From a virus, in IMG/VR virus record IMGVR_UViG_3300020187_003193: a stretch of DNA of 64,000 nt, one strand, 5' to 3'. Below are positions 46,392-55,511 of this stretch, piece by piece (the stretch's first letter is position 1; every line of letters starts with the position of its first letter). Both the position numbers and the translations under genes were made by a program. Under the pieces are notes generated by a model. That model searched no databases. It was not told where the DNA came from and was given only the letters and a program-made list of their open reading frames with translations.

Positions 46392-46790
46392 ATGTCAAAT
46401 TTAAAAGAATATTTCTTAGACGAAAATTATACTAATCCTACTTTAAACGAAGATGGAGAAAACCAAGAAGATGGTTCTTTGTCTTATAAAATAAAGTTAG
46501 GTGATAAACGATACAAATTAAGTTTCGATGTCAACAAAAACCCAACAAAGAAAGGTATTAAGGTAAAATTCTTCCCATTAGATGATGCTGGAAACGAAGT
46601 ACCTAACCCCTCACCTGAACAAATTGGTATGTTACAAAATGATGTTGCTACTCAGTTGGCACCTAAATTTAATGATTTTAAACTTGAATTTGATGAAGAC
46701 GAAGATGCACCTGAAAAGAATGTAGCAGCCTTCCAAGTTCCATTATCATCATTCGTATCATTTGTAGCAAACGTCGTATTTAAAAGTTAA
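46392..46790 (+). CDS. hypothetical protein
   Basis: 132 aa; ATATTTAT at 46367. Confidence 0.65.
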   Translation: MSNLKEYFLDENYTNPTLNEDGENQEDGSLSYKIKLGDKRYKLSFDVNKNPTKKGIKVKFFPLDDAGNEVPNPSPEQIGMLQNDVATQLAPKFNDFKLEFDEDEDAPEKNVAAFQVPLSSFVSFVANVVFKS

Positions 46791-46791
46791 C

Positions 46792-47133
46792 ATGAGCAAA
46801 CCCAGAAAATTAATAAACGTTAAAGTATTAGGTGCTTCACAAACCCACCTACGAGAGTTTGTTAATGAAAACAAAGGTTCACTATTTGCTGAAACCTTTG
46901 CTGGTATAAAACAAGCCATTCGTAAAAATCAAAAAGTAGCTACTATATGTAGTGTTAATACTAATAGTGCTACTGCAGTTATAGAAAAACAAGGTTGGGA
47001 AAACGCCTTAAGTTCATCTTTAGGATACTATGAATCGATAGATGAGTTTGAAATGTGTAAAGAAATTAACACAACACTAAAATTGTTACGAAATGAGGAC
47101 AGATCCCTTACACTTACTAAAACAATCTCTTGA
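46792..47133 (+). CDS. hypothetical protein
   Basis: 113-aa coupled ORF; C-terminal YESIDEFEMC segment. Confidence 0.6.
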   Translation: MSKPRKLINVKVLGASQTHLREFVNENKGSLFAETFAGIKQAIRKNQKVATICSVNTNSATAVIEKQGWENALSSSLGYYESIDEFEMCKEINTTLKLLRNEDRSLTLTKTIS

Positions 47134-47515
47134 TCAACTATTACAAGCTGATACGTCTATAAAGAGAAAGAATAAAAAAGCATTCGATCAAAAACGAGAT
47201 TTATTTATACATCTAATAAATCAATTTGAATATGCTATTTCCAAATCATATTTGCTAGAAAAAGACTTCGCTATAGATTTATCTAAGTATGAAGAAAACT
47301 TCTATCAAGTTATAGATTCACTTGTATTACTTTCATTTGGTAAAGAAATATACGAATTATTGTCATTTTATTTCTATGAACGTTGGAACCCAGATGGAAC
47401 ACAAAATGGAATTATTATAGAAGAAACTGATGAGGAAATAATGATAGAAAATGCTGAAGAACTCTGGGCAATCATTGTTAGAATAAAACCTAATATATTC
47501 GATGGGAAAGGGTAG
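47093..47515 (+). CDS. hypothetical protein
   Basis: 140-aa coupled ORF. Confidence 0.6.
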   Translation: MRTDPLHLLKQSLDQLLQADTSIKRKNKKAFDQKRDLFIHLINQFEYAISKSYLLEKDFAIDLSKYEENFYQVIDSLVLLSFGKEIYELLSFYFYERWNPDGTQNGIIIEETDEEIMIENAEELWAIIVRIKPNIFDGKG

Positions 47516-48134
47516 AAAACCGAGGCCGATATCTAAAGAGGAAATATTGCGTGCGATGAAGATGACTAAATCGAACGCCGCTGCAAGCAGATACTTAAGA
47601 TGTAGTCCTCAACATTATAGAAAATTCGCTAAGGTATTTGTAGACGAAGAATCAGGTAAAACATTATTTGAACTACATAAAAACCAACAAGGTAAAGGTA
47701 TACGAAAACACTTTGGCGGTAAAGAACCTAGACTAGACGAATTAATGTCAGGTGAAACATACGTTGACTCATATGATATAAACAAATACAAATCTCGATT
47801 AGTACAAGAAGGTATTATTAAGGAGGAATGTTGTAGATGTGGTCATAGTGAACAACGTGTAAGTGACTTAAAAGCTCCACTACTAATTGCTTTTAAAGAT
47901 TATAATAAAAAGAATTGGAAATTAGATAACTTAGAACTACTATGTTATAATTGTTATTTCCTTTATGTTGGAGATGTATTCGATAAAAAACAAATTGAAG
48001 GTATCCAAGAACATAAAAACGTACTTAAAGTCGACCAAGTTGATTGGGAAATGGACGAGAATATGCTTGAACATTTTAAAGAACTTGGTTTAGTAGACGA
48101 CACCCCAGAAGAAGATTATATTTCCCGATTGTAA
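47502..48134 (+). CDS. HNH-fold Zn-binding protein, catalytic residues apparently degenerate
   Basis: CCRCG...LLIAFKDYNKKNWKLDNLELLCYNCY; N-terminal HTH-like segment. Confidence 0.55.
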   Translation: MGKGRKPRPISKEEILRAMKMTKSNAAASRYLRCSPQHYRKFAKVFVDEESGKTLFELHKNQQGKGIRKHFGGKEPRLDELMSGETYVDSYDINKYKSRLVQEGIIKEECCRCGHSEQRVSDLKAPLLIAFKDYNKKNWKLDNLELLCYNCYFLYVGDVFDKKQIEGIQEHKNVLKVDQVDWEMDENMLEHFKELGLVDDTPEEDYISRL

Positions 48135-48173
48135 TTAGACTTGTTCATATTTATCCGTGAAACGGAAAATAAT

Positions 48174-48650
48174 ATGAAACAATTCTTAATTATATTGGGA
48201 ATGTTTCTACTCCCATTTGTTACAACAGCACAACAAGTTATTCAAATAGGTGAAGTAGAAAACAATATTAAGCTAGGACCCTTTGCAAACAATAGGGACT
48301 TAGCTTTTGGTGTTCAAAATATACTTGAAGAATTAATTCAAGATAAAGGACACGACTTATCCCCCAAATCAGAAACAGTTCTACACGTAGAACTTCTATA
48401 CTTCGACGTTAAAAAAACTAACGTCCAACTTGCTGTATATTCTAAAAATACAGAAGCTACAGAAATCATTGCAAGAGCTTACTTAACTATTAAAGGTAAA
48501 AAGAAGAAACCTGTAGTAGCTAAAGGACAAGCAAAGTCTATCTCAACAGCCACCTTAATAATAGACCAGGGTGGTCAGTTTTCCCAAACAAATGTTTCAA
48601 CCGCTTTAAAGAAGGTTTGTATTGAATTAATTGATAAACTTAAACTATAA
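48174..48650 (+). CDS. exported CsgG/HfaB-like protein 1
   Basis: Signal peptide followed by Gln (MKQFL...TAQQ); alpha/beta pattern parallels the 52543 ORF. The 48141 start overlaps the ATATTTAT motif, so 48174 is preferred. Confidence 0.5.
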   Translation: MKQFLIILGMFLLPFVTTAQQVIQIGEVENNIKLGPFANNRDLAFGVQNILEELIQDKGHDLSPKSETVLHVELLYFDVKKTNVQLAVYSKNTEATEIIARAYLTIKGKKKKPVVAKGQAKSISTATLIIDQGGQFSQTNVSTALKKVCIELIDKLKL

Positions 48651-50384
48651 ATGAAAAAATTATTATTATTCTTATTGCTAATTTTACCTTTGACTTTGTT
48701 TAGTCAAAATGTACAATTTGGATTAAAATTCTTTGACACTGAAACTAATGCCATAGTTGATGTAAATAATCCTATAGAAGAAGCAAAAACTCTACGAATG
48801 GAATTACATATGACAGCAGTAGGTACTGCAGACTATGATTCGTTAGTAAATTTCAAATACCTATTTTTAGACGTACAATATAACAGTCAAATACTAACCG
48901 CAGATCCAGTACCAAGTGCATTCCCAGGTGTAGTAGCATTACAGGATGCTGGACCTATTACACAAAGTTATGATTTTCCTAATACCTCTTTTAGTCTACT
49001 ACAAGGTGATTTAAGAGATAGCTACAATAAATGGAACACCGGCACAGCTACATACTCAGAATATAATGCGAAATGGAGTGTAGCTAGAATAGCAATACAA
49101 CTTTCAGATAAAAATTTACAAGACCTATTAGATAGTGCATCGTATTCTACAGTTACACCTATCTTTACAATGTTCTTTACAGTAAAACCCGATACAGCTA
49201 CTGCTGCTGAAAAGGAATTTAGACTTACTCTTGCAAACGTAGAAGATACTAACGGAGACCAAATTACATCTCCAATTTATGCTTCTAAACCAAACGGACA
49301 ATTCCTGTTCGGTATAGAACAAGCTGTTACTTATAACGCTACCTTACATTTTAATTTACCTGAAGCATTAGTTCCTACTAACTTTAGGGTAACAATAGGA
49401 ACAACAAACAGTACTTTAGGTCCTTTTACATTAGATTCAAACGCAGATGTAATACTAACTGATGTAACATTAGATCAAGAGTATTATGCATGGAATTTAG
49501 AACCAATAGATGCATCATATATTCCAAACGTACATACAGTAACCGATGCTTATAGGTCATTCCAGTACCTAACAGATGTAGGAATAAATGGTACTGATAC
49601 AACTTATGATAACTTCGGTTTATTCTCAGCTGACGCTAATCTCAACCAAGCATTCAACTCAGCAGATACATACGGCCTTCTAGCTTATGTTTTAGGATTA
49701 GATGTAGCAGGAGAGTTTTGCCTTCCACAACAAAATGATGATGGTACTTGGTTTCATGGATGTACTGCAACCGTACTATATGAAAACTACACAATAGAAA
49801 AGTTAGGAGCAGAATTAGATATAAGAAAAACAGAAAGTGAACAGACAGAAGCACCTCAATATTGGAATGGAAACTTTACTCCAACAGAAAACTTATTAAC
49901 TTTTGATTTTGCTTTCTGGCATCATGTTGATTTAGATCAATCACATAGTACTTCATTCCCAGCTAATCTAGCAGCAAAAGCAGCTAAATCAGGATTAAAC
50001 CTAAGTAGGAAAGCAGTAGGAACAACTACATTAGACTTAGTTAGTATAATAGAAGATGGGTTAGTAAAAGTTGAGTTAACTCATGACGGGTTAGATATCG
50101 TAGGGTTACAAGCAAGAATAAAATACGATACTTCTAAATTAGTACTTAAAAATGTAATTTACGATACAGGTAATACAGTGACTAATTTCTCTAAACCATT
50201 CGAGGGTGAATTATTATTTGGAGGATTATCCACAGATGGTAAATCTACTATTAAAAAAGGAAAAGCATTTACACTTGAATTTACCCCAATAGGAACAGTA
50301 AACAATGTAACAGGGTTATTTTACTTTGAAAATACCGATGCTGTAAAGGCAAACGGTGATAAAATAAACTTAAACATACAATAA
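48651..50384 (+). CDS. exported protein with cohesin-like domains and a dockerin-like Ca-binding motif
   Basis: Signal peptide then QN; DVQYNSQIL and GLQARIKYDTSKL cohesin-like strands; DANLNQAFNSADTYGLLAYVLG. Confidence 0.55.
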   Translation: MKKLLLFLLLILPLTLFSQNVQFGLKFFDTETNAIVDVNNPIEEAKTLRMELHMTAVGTADYDSLVNFKYLFLDVQYNSQILTADPVPSAFPGVVALQDAGPITQSYDFPNTSFSLLQGDLRDSYNKWNTGTATYSEYNAKWSVARIAIQLSDKNLQDLLDSASYSTVTPIFTMFFTVKPDTATAAEKEFRLTLANVEDTNGDQITSPIYASKPNGQFLFGIEQAVTYNATLHFNLPEALVPTNFRVTIGTTNSTLGPFTLDSNADVILTDVTLDQEYYAWNLEPIDASYIPNVHTVTDAYRSFQYLTDVGINGTDTTYDNFGLFSADANLNQAFNSADTYGLLAYVLGLDVAGEFCLPQQNDDGTWFHGCTATVLYENYTIEKLGAELDIRKTESEQTEAPQYWNGNFTPTENLLTFDFAFWHHVDLDQSHSTSFPANLAAKAAKSGLNLSRKAVGTTTLDLVSIIEDGLVKVELTHDGLDIVGLQARIKYDTSKLVLKNVIYDTGNTVTNFSKPFEGELLFGGLSTDGKSTIKKGKAFTLEFTPIGTVNNVTGLFYFENTDAVKANGDKINLNIQ

Positions 50385-50386
50385 CC

Positions 50387-50779
50387 ATGAAGATTACAAA
50401 ATTTAGAATATTCAATTTATTTATGCTTCTATTAGTACTAATGAATCAATGTACTGCAGATAGTATAGAAGTAGTAGAATATGAATATCAAGGATTATTT
50501 CCTGAAAAACTAAAAATAACTGAATTAGTAGGTATAAAATTAGAAAGCAATTTCGCTACTACAGAAGTTAATATGAACGTAAAATTAAATACTACTGGTA
50601 AATACTATATTAAAGTAATCACTAATTTAGGTAAAGTAGTATCTAAAGAACAAGTTAAAGGTGAATTAGGAGATAACCTATTTACAGTCTATACAGCAAC
50701 TCTACCTAAAAGTTCCTACAGGATAGAATTGTATTTAGAAGATGAAAAAGTAGGAGCTACATCAATAAATTTATTATGA
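50387..50779 (+). CDS. putative lipoprotein with Ig-like beta domain
   Basis: Hydrophobic stretch then Cys (LLVLMNQC); beta-rich C-terminus. Confidence 0.55.
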   Translation: MKITKFRIFNLFMLLLVLMNQCTADSIEVVEYEYQGLFPEKLKITELVGIKLESNFATTEVNMNVKLNTTGKYYIKVITNLGKVVSKEQVKGELGDNLFTVYTATLPKSSYRIELYLEDEKVGATSINLL

Positions 50780-51300
50780 GAAAATTAATTTTAGGATTAG
50801 CGTTATTAGTTACAGCAGCCTGCACTAACCCATCAATGGAACGTGGCTTTGAAAGCCTTAACGCAGCTGTATCAGACCTACAGACACAATTTGACGAACT
50901 TAACATACCACAAATAATAGCCGATTTAGATACATTAAATCTTCAGGTTGGTGAAATGATAGTAGATGTAGAAGAGTATTCTAAACAAGTAGAAGAATTT
51001 AATGCTCAAGTATTAGAGTTACAAGCTAGATTAGAAGCAATGTTAATACAGGTACAGGGTATAACTGAAACTGTAAACGGGATGACGGTAACTGCAGGAG
51101 GATTAGCAACATCTCAACAAATGCAAGATTTATTATCTCAAGTAGAAGAATTTGGAGCAGGAGTTGATATTTTAGTAGCAAGAGCAGATTATGATTATGA
51201 TGGTGTAGTTAACGCATTGGATAAATGCCCAGATACGCCTATTACCGAGGTAAGCAATGTAGATACAGATGGATGTTCTCCATCACAATTAGAGGATTAA
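50776..51300 (+). CDS. lipoprotein with coiled coil and thrombospondin type-3-like Ca-binding repeat
   Basis: LLVTAAC lipobox; heptads; DYDYDGVVNALDKCPDTP...VDTDGCS. Confidence 0.7.
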   Translation: MRKLILGLALLVTAACTNPSMERGFESLNAAVSDLQTQFDELNIPQIIADLDTLNLQVGEMIVDVEEYSKQVEEFNAQVLELQARLEAMLIQVQGITETVNGMTVTAGGLATSQQMQDLLSQVEEFGAGVDILVARADYDYDGVVNALDKCPDTPITEVSNVDTDGCSPSQLED

Positions 51301-51301
51301 G

Positions 51302-51589
51302 ATGAAAGAATTTTTAGAAGATTTTAAAAAACAAATTATAGCAGGAGTTGGAGTAGCAATAGCTACTATTTCGACTTTGTTTATAGATGTAGTAAAAGAG
51401 AAATTAGGGTTAGTAGATGAAGAGCCTGTTCAAATAGAACAAGTCACTGAACAATCATCTACACCTAATATAACAATAAACATCCCAGAACAGAAAAAGG
51501 ATACGGTTGTGAAGAAAGTATATGTTAAACCACCACCACCAAAAAAGACTGAAACCGAAAAAAGAAAAGATGACGGTTTTGATTGGTAA
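51302..51589 (+). CDS. small membrane-anchored protein
   Basis: N-terminal TM helix. Confidence 0.55.
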   Translation: MKEFLEDFKKQIIAGVGVAIATISTLFIDVVKEKLGLVDEEPVQIEQVTEQSSTPNITINIPEQKKDTVVKKVYVKPPPPKKTETEKRKDDGFDW

Positions 51590-51604
51590 TTAAAAAACAC
51601 AATT

Positions 51605-51850
51605 ATGGCTTTTAAAGATATGTTTAAAGACAAAAACGACATCAACGAAAAATCTGTTATTGGATTTTCTTCATTCGTTGTAATGACATTATTTGCAGTA
51701 GCAGATTTAGTAACTGGCTACGTAGGACAAGATTTAGTAATTAATGAATTTATTTACAATTCATTTGTAATAATAACATTAGGTTGTTTTGGTATAGCTG
51801 AAGCAGGTAAAATGTTTGGAAAAAAAGATAACAATAACGAAGAAGAATAA
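51605..51850 (+). CDS. two-TM protein (holin-like)
   Basis: Two hydrophobic helices and a charged tail; directly upstream of the amidase. Confidence 0.45.
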   Translation: MAFKDMFKDKNDINEKSVIGFSSFVVMTLFAVADLVTGYVGQDLVINEFIYNSFVIITLGCFGIAEAGKMFGKKDNNNEEE

Positions 51851-51854
51851 GATT

Positions 51855-52346
51855 ATGGCAATAGTACCTAAAGGAATTATAGTTCACTCAATGGCAGAAT
51901 ATTTAAAAATGCCTGAGGGACCAATGAAAGCCCACGATTTCATTAAATCCGTAAAACTTTCAGTACATGGTTACATCCACCCAGATGGAACTTACGAAAA
52001 ACAAGTAGAAACACCCGGTAAAGCATTTCACGCTGGACAATCTAAGTTTGGAGACTTAGAGAATCTAAACTCACATTTTTTAGGATTTGAACTATTGGTA
52101 CCAGGCGAACACGATTTTGGGACATTTAGTAAAGCAATAGAAACACCTGGAACGTATACAGCTGAACAATTTAAAACAGCAGTAGACGTTTGTAAACACT
52201 GGATGAAACAATATAACATACCAGCTGACGCAGTAGTAAGACATTCAGATGTATCAGGTGATGATATTAGAGGTAAAGGCAAGGGTAAAACAGACCCAGG
52301 TTCAGCTTTCGATTGGAAAGCATTTAAAACAGCATTAACAGTTTAA
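51855..52346 (+). CDS. N-acetylmuramoyl-L-alanine amidase (Amidase_2-like)
   Basis: IIVHSM, SVHGYI, AFHAG, LGFE, VVRHSDV, KTDPG. ATG at 51855. Confidence 0.8.
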   Translation: MAIVPKGIIVHSMAEYLKMPEGPMKAHDFIKSVKLSVHGYIHPDGTYEKQVETPGKAFHAGQSKFGDLENLNSHFLGFELLVPGEHDFGTFSKAIETPGTYTAEQFKTAVDVCKHWMKQYNIPADAVVRHSDVSGDDIRGKGKGKTDPGSAFDWKAFKTALTV

Positions 52347-52348
52347 AA

Positions 52349-52543
52349 ATGAAAAATATGTTACAATCTTATATAAATTTCTGGAAAGAAGCAGATACAC
52401 TACTTGATTATGCTATCAATATATGGGTTACTGCTTTAGGAATCATAGCACTTACCGGCTTTGGTAAAGTAATATTTGAATTAATAACCAATCCATCCCA
52501 ATTTAGCAATGCCACATTTGGGATATTTGATACATTAGGATAA
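52349..52543 (+). CDS. small membrane protein
   Basis: One TM helix; coupled ORF. Confidence 0.5.
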   Translation: MKNMLQSYINFWKEADTLLDYAINIWVTALGIIALTGFGKVIFELITNPSQFSNATFGIFDTLG

Positions 52544-53253
52544 TGAAATATTTAATAACGTTTTTATTAGGACTGAATTTCTGCTTTGGACAAACATTAG
52601 GTAAAACTATAACAGAAGATTATACTGCTGGATTTGAAACAGCAGCTTCAGTATATACTATACCTGAATATATGGGCGAACCCGTACCTGTAGCTATATT
52701 ATCAATAGGTGTAAGCCCTGAAGTATTAGAACAATACCCTGAATTAGGTGACTATAGAGTAGGATTAGGTTTATCTAATATTACAGTTGCATTTATGGAA
52801 GAGACATTCCGCTTTGAATTCGTTGAAACTAAAGATGAAATCAAAAACAGAATGGTTACTCAATATAAAGCATCAGCTAAGGGATTATTAACTGAAAAGT
52901 ATGAGTTAAAAGGTAATATTGTAGGAGCTAAATACTTTGGGTACATAGAAGTATATGATTTTTCTATCTCAGAAGATGAAACAGTAAACCTAAAAGATGG
53001 AGTAACCAATAAACTAGTAACTAGATTAGGTCTACAAGTTAGATTAGTAGACGCACAATCAGGATTGTATATGACAGGATCTGGATTAGGAAAATCAACT
53101 ACAACTAGAGAAGTTACTTTATTAAACGATGAAAACTTAGAAGAAGTAGCATTCAACCAATCATCAATAGGAACAGCTACTAAAAAAGCATTAAATACAG
53201 CCGTATACAAGATTGTAAAGCGTATGCGTCAAAAGAAAATATTTGACCACTAA
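52543..53253 (+). CDS. CsgG-like (curli transport/HfaB family) exported protein
   Basis: Signal peptide then Q; PVAILSI, FRFEFVE, VRLVDAQSG...GSGLG, ATKKALNTAV. Confidence 0.65.
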   Translation: MKYLITFLLGLNFCFGQTLGKTITEDYTAGFETAASVYTIPEYMGEPVPVAILSIGVSPEVLEQYPELGDYRVGLGLSNITVAFMEETFRFEFVETKDEIKNRMVTQYKASAKGLLTEKYELKGNIVGAKYFGYIEVYDFSISEDETVNLKDGVTNKLVTRLGLQVRLVDAQSGLYMTGSGLGKSTTTREVTLLNDENLEEVAFNQSSIGTATKKALNTAVYKIVKRMRQKKIFDH

Positions 53254-54935
53254 TGAAAAAACTTCTACTAATATTATTTTTAGTAGGTTTTAGTAATTTA
53301 TATTCTCAAAATCTTATACAAACCTATGTAGATAGGTGTACTGGAGCAGTGAGTGTATTTACTGTTCCTATGAATGGACAGGCAACTGTTGTATTTTATA
53401 ATAAGGCTAGAACGTTTACCTCACAGCAATTTCAAAATGGCGAATTGCAAGCATGGCTTGAAGAAACATACTTATGGTGGGCGTCATTAAACCCATGTTC
53501 AACAGCAACTACAAACGCTACAACAACACAAGCCCAAACACAACAGACAACCCAACAAGCAACTGATGCTGCCGCTGCGGCTGCGGCTGCTGCAGCAGCC
53601 TCTGCCCCCCCACCTGTACCTGCATCACCTCCACCTATAGCAACTACAGCACCCACACAAACAGCTACAACAGGAACTACTGCAACTACAGGAACAACTG
53701 GTTCTACTACTACCGGTACCACAGGAACAACTGGAGGTGATACTTCAACAACTGGTACTACAGGTACAACTAATACTAGTTCAAATGATACATCAACAAC
53801 AAACAACCAATCGTCTAGTAGTTCATCTTCAGGCGATACTTCTTCAAGTTCAGATACTAGCTCTTCAGGCTCAACTGAAGGGAATTCATCTGGAGATGGC
53901 GGTGGAAGCACTGAAGGGGGAAATTCAAGTAGTGAATCGAATGATGGAGGTTCATCAACAGAAGAGACAAAAACTGAAGAGACTAAAACAGAAGAAACTA
54001 AATCTGAAGAAAAAACTGAAGAAGTAAAGGAAGAAAAGACGGAAGAAACTAAAGAGGAAACTAAGGAAGAATCTAAAGAAGAAACCAAAGAAGAAGAGCA
54101 AAAGGAGGAAACTAAAGAAGAGGAATCTAAGGAAGAAGAAAAAACGGAAGAAAAGGAAGAGGAGAAGAAGGAGGAGAAATCTGATGAGGAAAAGGAAAAG
54201 GAAAAAGAGGAAGAAGAACAAAAGAAAAAGGAAGAGGAAAAGAAAAAGAAGAAAGAAGCTAGACAATTAGCCCCTCCAATTATAACAGCTAACGTAGCTA
54301 TGATGCAAGGACCGGATGGTTCTTATAGCTATGCTTCTACATTTGGTGTATCACGTTCTTCTCTGATGGGGGATAAGACATATGGTTTAAATACAATGGT
54401 CTGGAGTAACCTTCAACAGTTTATGGTGAATGCTAGTTTTACTAAAATCCATATCAATAAAGAAGGTAGACCATCAAGGGTATACTCAGCATCAATAGGA
54501 GGTGCTAAAATGTTTACTACAGTAATGGGAATGATGAACCATAGTGTAGTATTTTTAGGTAAAAAAGGTTCAGCAGCTGGATTCGCTTTAGGAACATCAA
54601 TAACTGCACTTGACTTAAATGTAGTTAACGGATTAATATACTATGATGAAAACATATTATCCCAATCAGTAACTGGATTCTATACAAAACCAATTCCATT
54701 AGGTAGAGTATCAGTATCACCTATGGTAGCAATATCATCTCCCTTTGTATCATTAGAGACATTCTCACGTCGTACAACATGGAGTACAGATGTAATGTTT
54801 ATAGGTGGACTAAGTGGAACATTTAATTTAACTAAACGATTTGGAATGAATTTAGGTATAAACGCTGTTACATCAACATTACCTAATTTTCCTGTACTAG
54901 TAAATTATACAATAGGTTCTCGTTTCTCTTTCTAA
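53253..54935 (+). CDS. exported protein with long low-complexity linker and C-terminal beta-barrel-like domain
   Basis: Signal peptide then QN; A/P/T/G/S tract, then E/K tract; alternating beta pattern ending in terminal Phe (GSRFSF). Confidence 0.65.
   Translation: MKKLLLILFLVGFSNLYSQNLIQTYVDRCTGAVSVFTVPMNGQATVVFYNKARTFTSQQFQNGELQAWLEETYLWWASLNPCSTATTNATTTQAQTQQTTQQATDAAAAAAAAAAASAPPPVPASPPPIATTAPTQTATTGTTATTGTTGSTTTGTTGTTGGDTSTTGTTGTTNTSSNDTSTTNNQSSSSSSSGDTSSSSDTSSSGSTEGNSSGDGGGSTEGGNSSSESNDGGSSTEETKTEETKTEETKSEEKTEEVKEEKTEETKEETKEESKEETKEEEQKEETKEEESKEEEKTEEKEEEKKEEKSDEEKEKEKEEEEQKKKEEEKKKKKEARQLAPPIITANVAMMQGPDGSYSYASTFGVSRSSLMGDKTYGLNTMVWSNLQQFMVNASFTKIHINKEGRPSRVYSASIGGAKMFTTVMGMMNHSVVFLGKKGSAAGFALGTSITALDLNVVNGLIYYDENILSQSVTGFYTKPIPLGRVSVSPMVAISSPFVSLETFSRRTTWSTDVMFIGGLSGTFNLTKRFGMNLGINAVTSTLPNFPVLVNYTIGSRFSF
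53515..54255 (+). repeat. coding low-complexity tracts (TTG, S/G, EEKK)
   Basis: Direct reading of the translation. Confidence 0.85.
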
Positions 54936-54984
54936 AGTAATGCACAGGAAACTTGGCTACCCGGGAAGCCATTCGTATATTTAC
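54934..54984 (+). promoter_or_regulatory. class I promoter cassette, copy 1
   Basis: AAAGTAATGCACAGGAAACTTGGCTACCCGGGAAGCCATTCGTATATTTAC. Confidence 0.8.
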
Positions 54985-55012
54985 CACGTTGAAATTATAA
55001 AAATATAAAGTT

Positions 55013-55180
55013 ATGCAAGTATTAAGATTTTTTAATGATGAATTAAGTGGAAACGAATGTGCTATTGTTTGGAATGGTAAAGAAGAAATTTGTGTTACAG
55101 CTGATGAAGCTTGGGATATAGAAGCACAAGCACAATCACGTCAAGATGCTTATGAATTAAGAGGTGAAAGAGGTTGGTAA
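55013..55180 (+). CDS. acidic hypothetical protein, 55 aa (not in ORF track)
   Basis: MQVLRFFNDELSGNECAIVWNG...; follows the promoter; AAGTTATG start context. Confidence 0.6.
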   Translation: MQVLRFFNDELSGNECAIVWNGKEEICVTADEAWDIEAQAQSRQDAYELRGERGW

Positions 55181-55200
55181 TTAAATTAAAATAAAAAGTT

Positions 55201-55419
55201 ATGAAGAAAAAACAAGCAGAAAATCTAATTATTGCAGTTCTACTATATGCCCTATTAGCATTACTATGGGAACAAATAAAACCTATAGCCTTAAAGCTAG
55301 ATAAATCTATCTTCCCAGAACATAAATTTAAAAACAAAATGTTATATAAATTAAGATGGTATATATGTCTCCTTTTATATTATATAGGATACTGGGTGTA
55401 TTTTACCAACTTTTCTTAA
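55201..55419 (+). CDS. small membrane protein
   Basis: Two hydrophobic segments. Confidence 0.5.
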   Translation: MKKKQAENLIIAVLLYALLALLWEQIKPIALKLDKSIFPEHKFKNKMLYKLRWYICLLLYYIGYWVYFTNFS

Positions 55420-55469
55420 AAGTAATTCACAGGAAACTTGGCTACCCGGGAAGCCTAGCGTATATTTAC
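55419..55469 (+). promoter_or_regulatory. class I promoter cassette, copy 2
   Basis: AAAGTAATTCACAGGAAACTTGGCTACCCGGGAAGCCTAGCGTATATTTAC. Confidence 0.8.
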
Positions 55470-55511
55470 GTGTTCGAATGGTTCGGGCGTTAAATTAAAA
55501 TTATAAAGGTT

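Noticed and set aside
48141-48173. ORF start at 48141 as given in the track
   Set aside because: It overlaps the ATATTTAT motif; the ATG at 48174 gives a clean signal peptide.
53515-54255. Repeat array or CRISPR-like region
   Set aside because: The repeats are in-frame low-complexity coding tracts without constant repeat/spacer periodicity.
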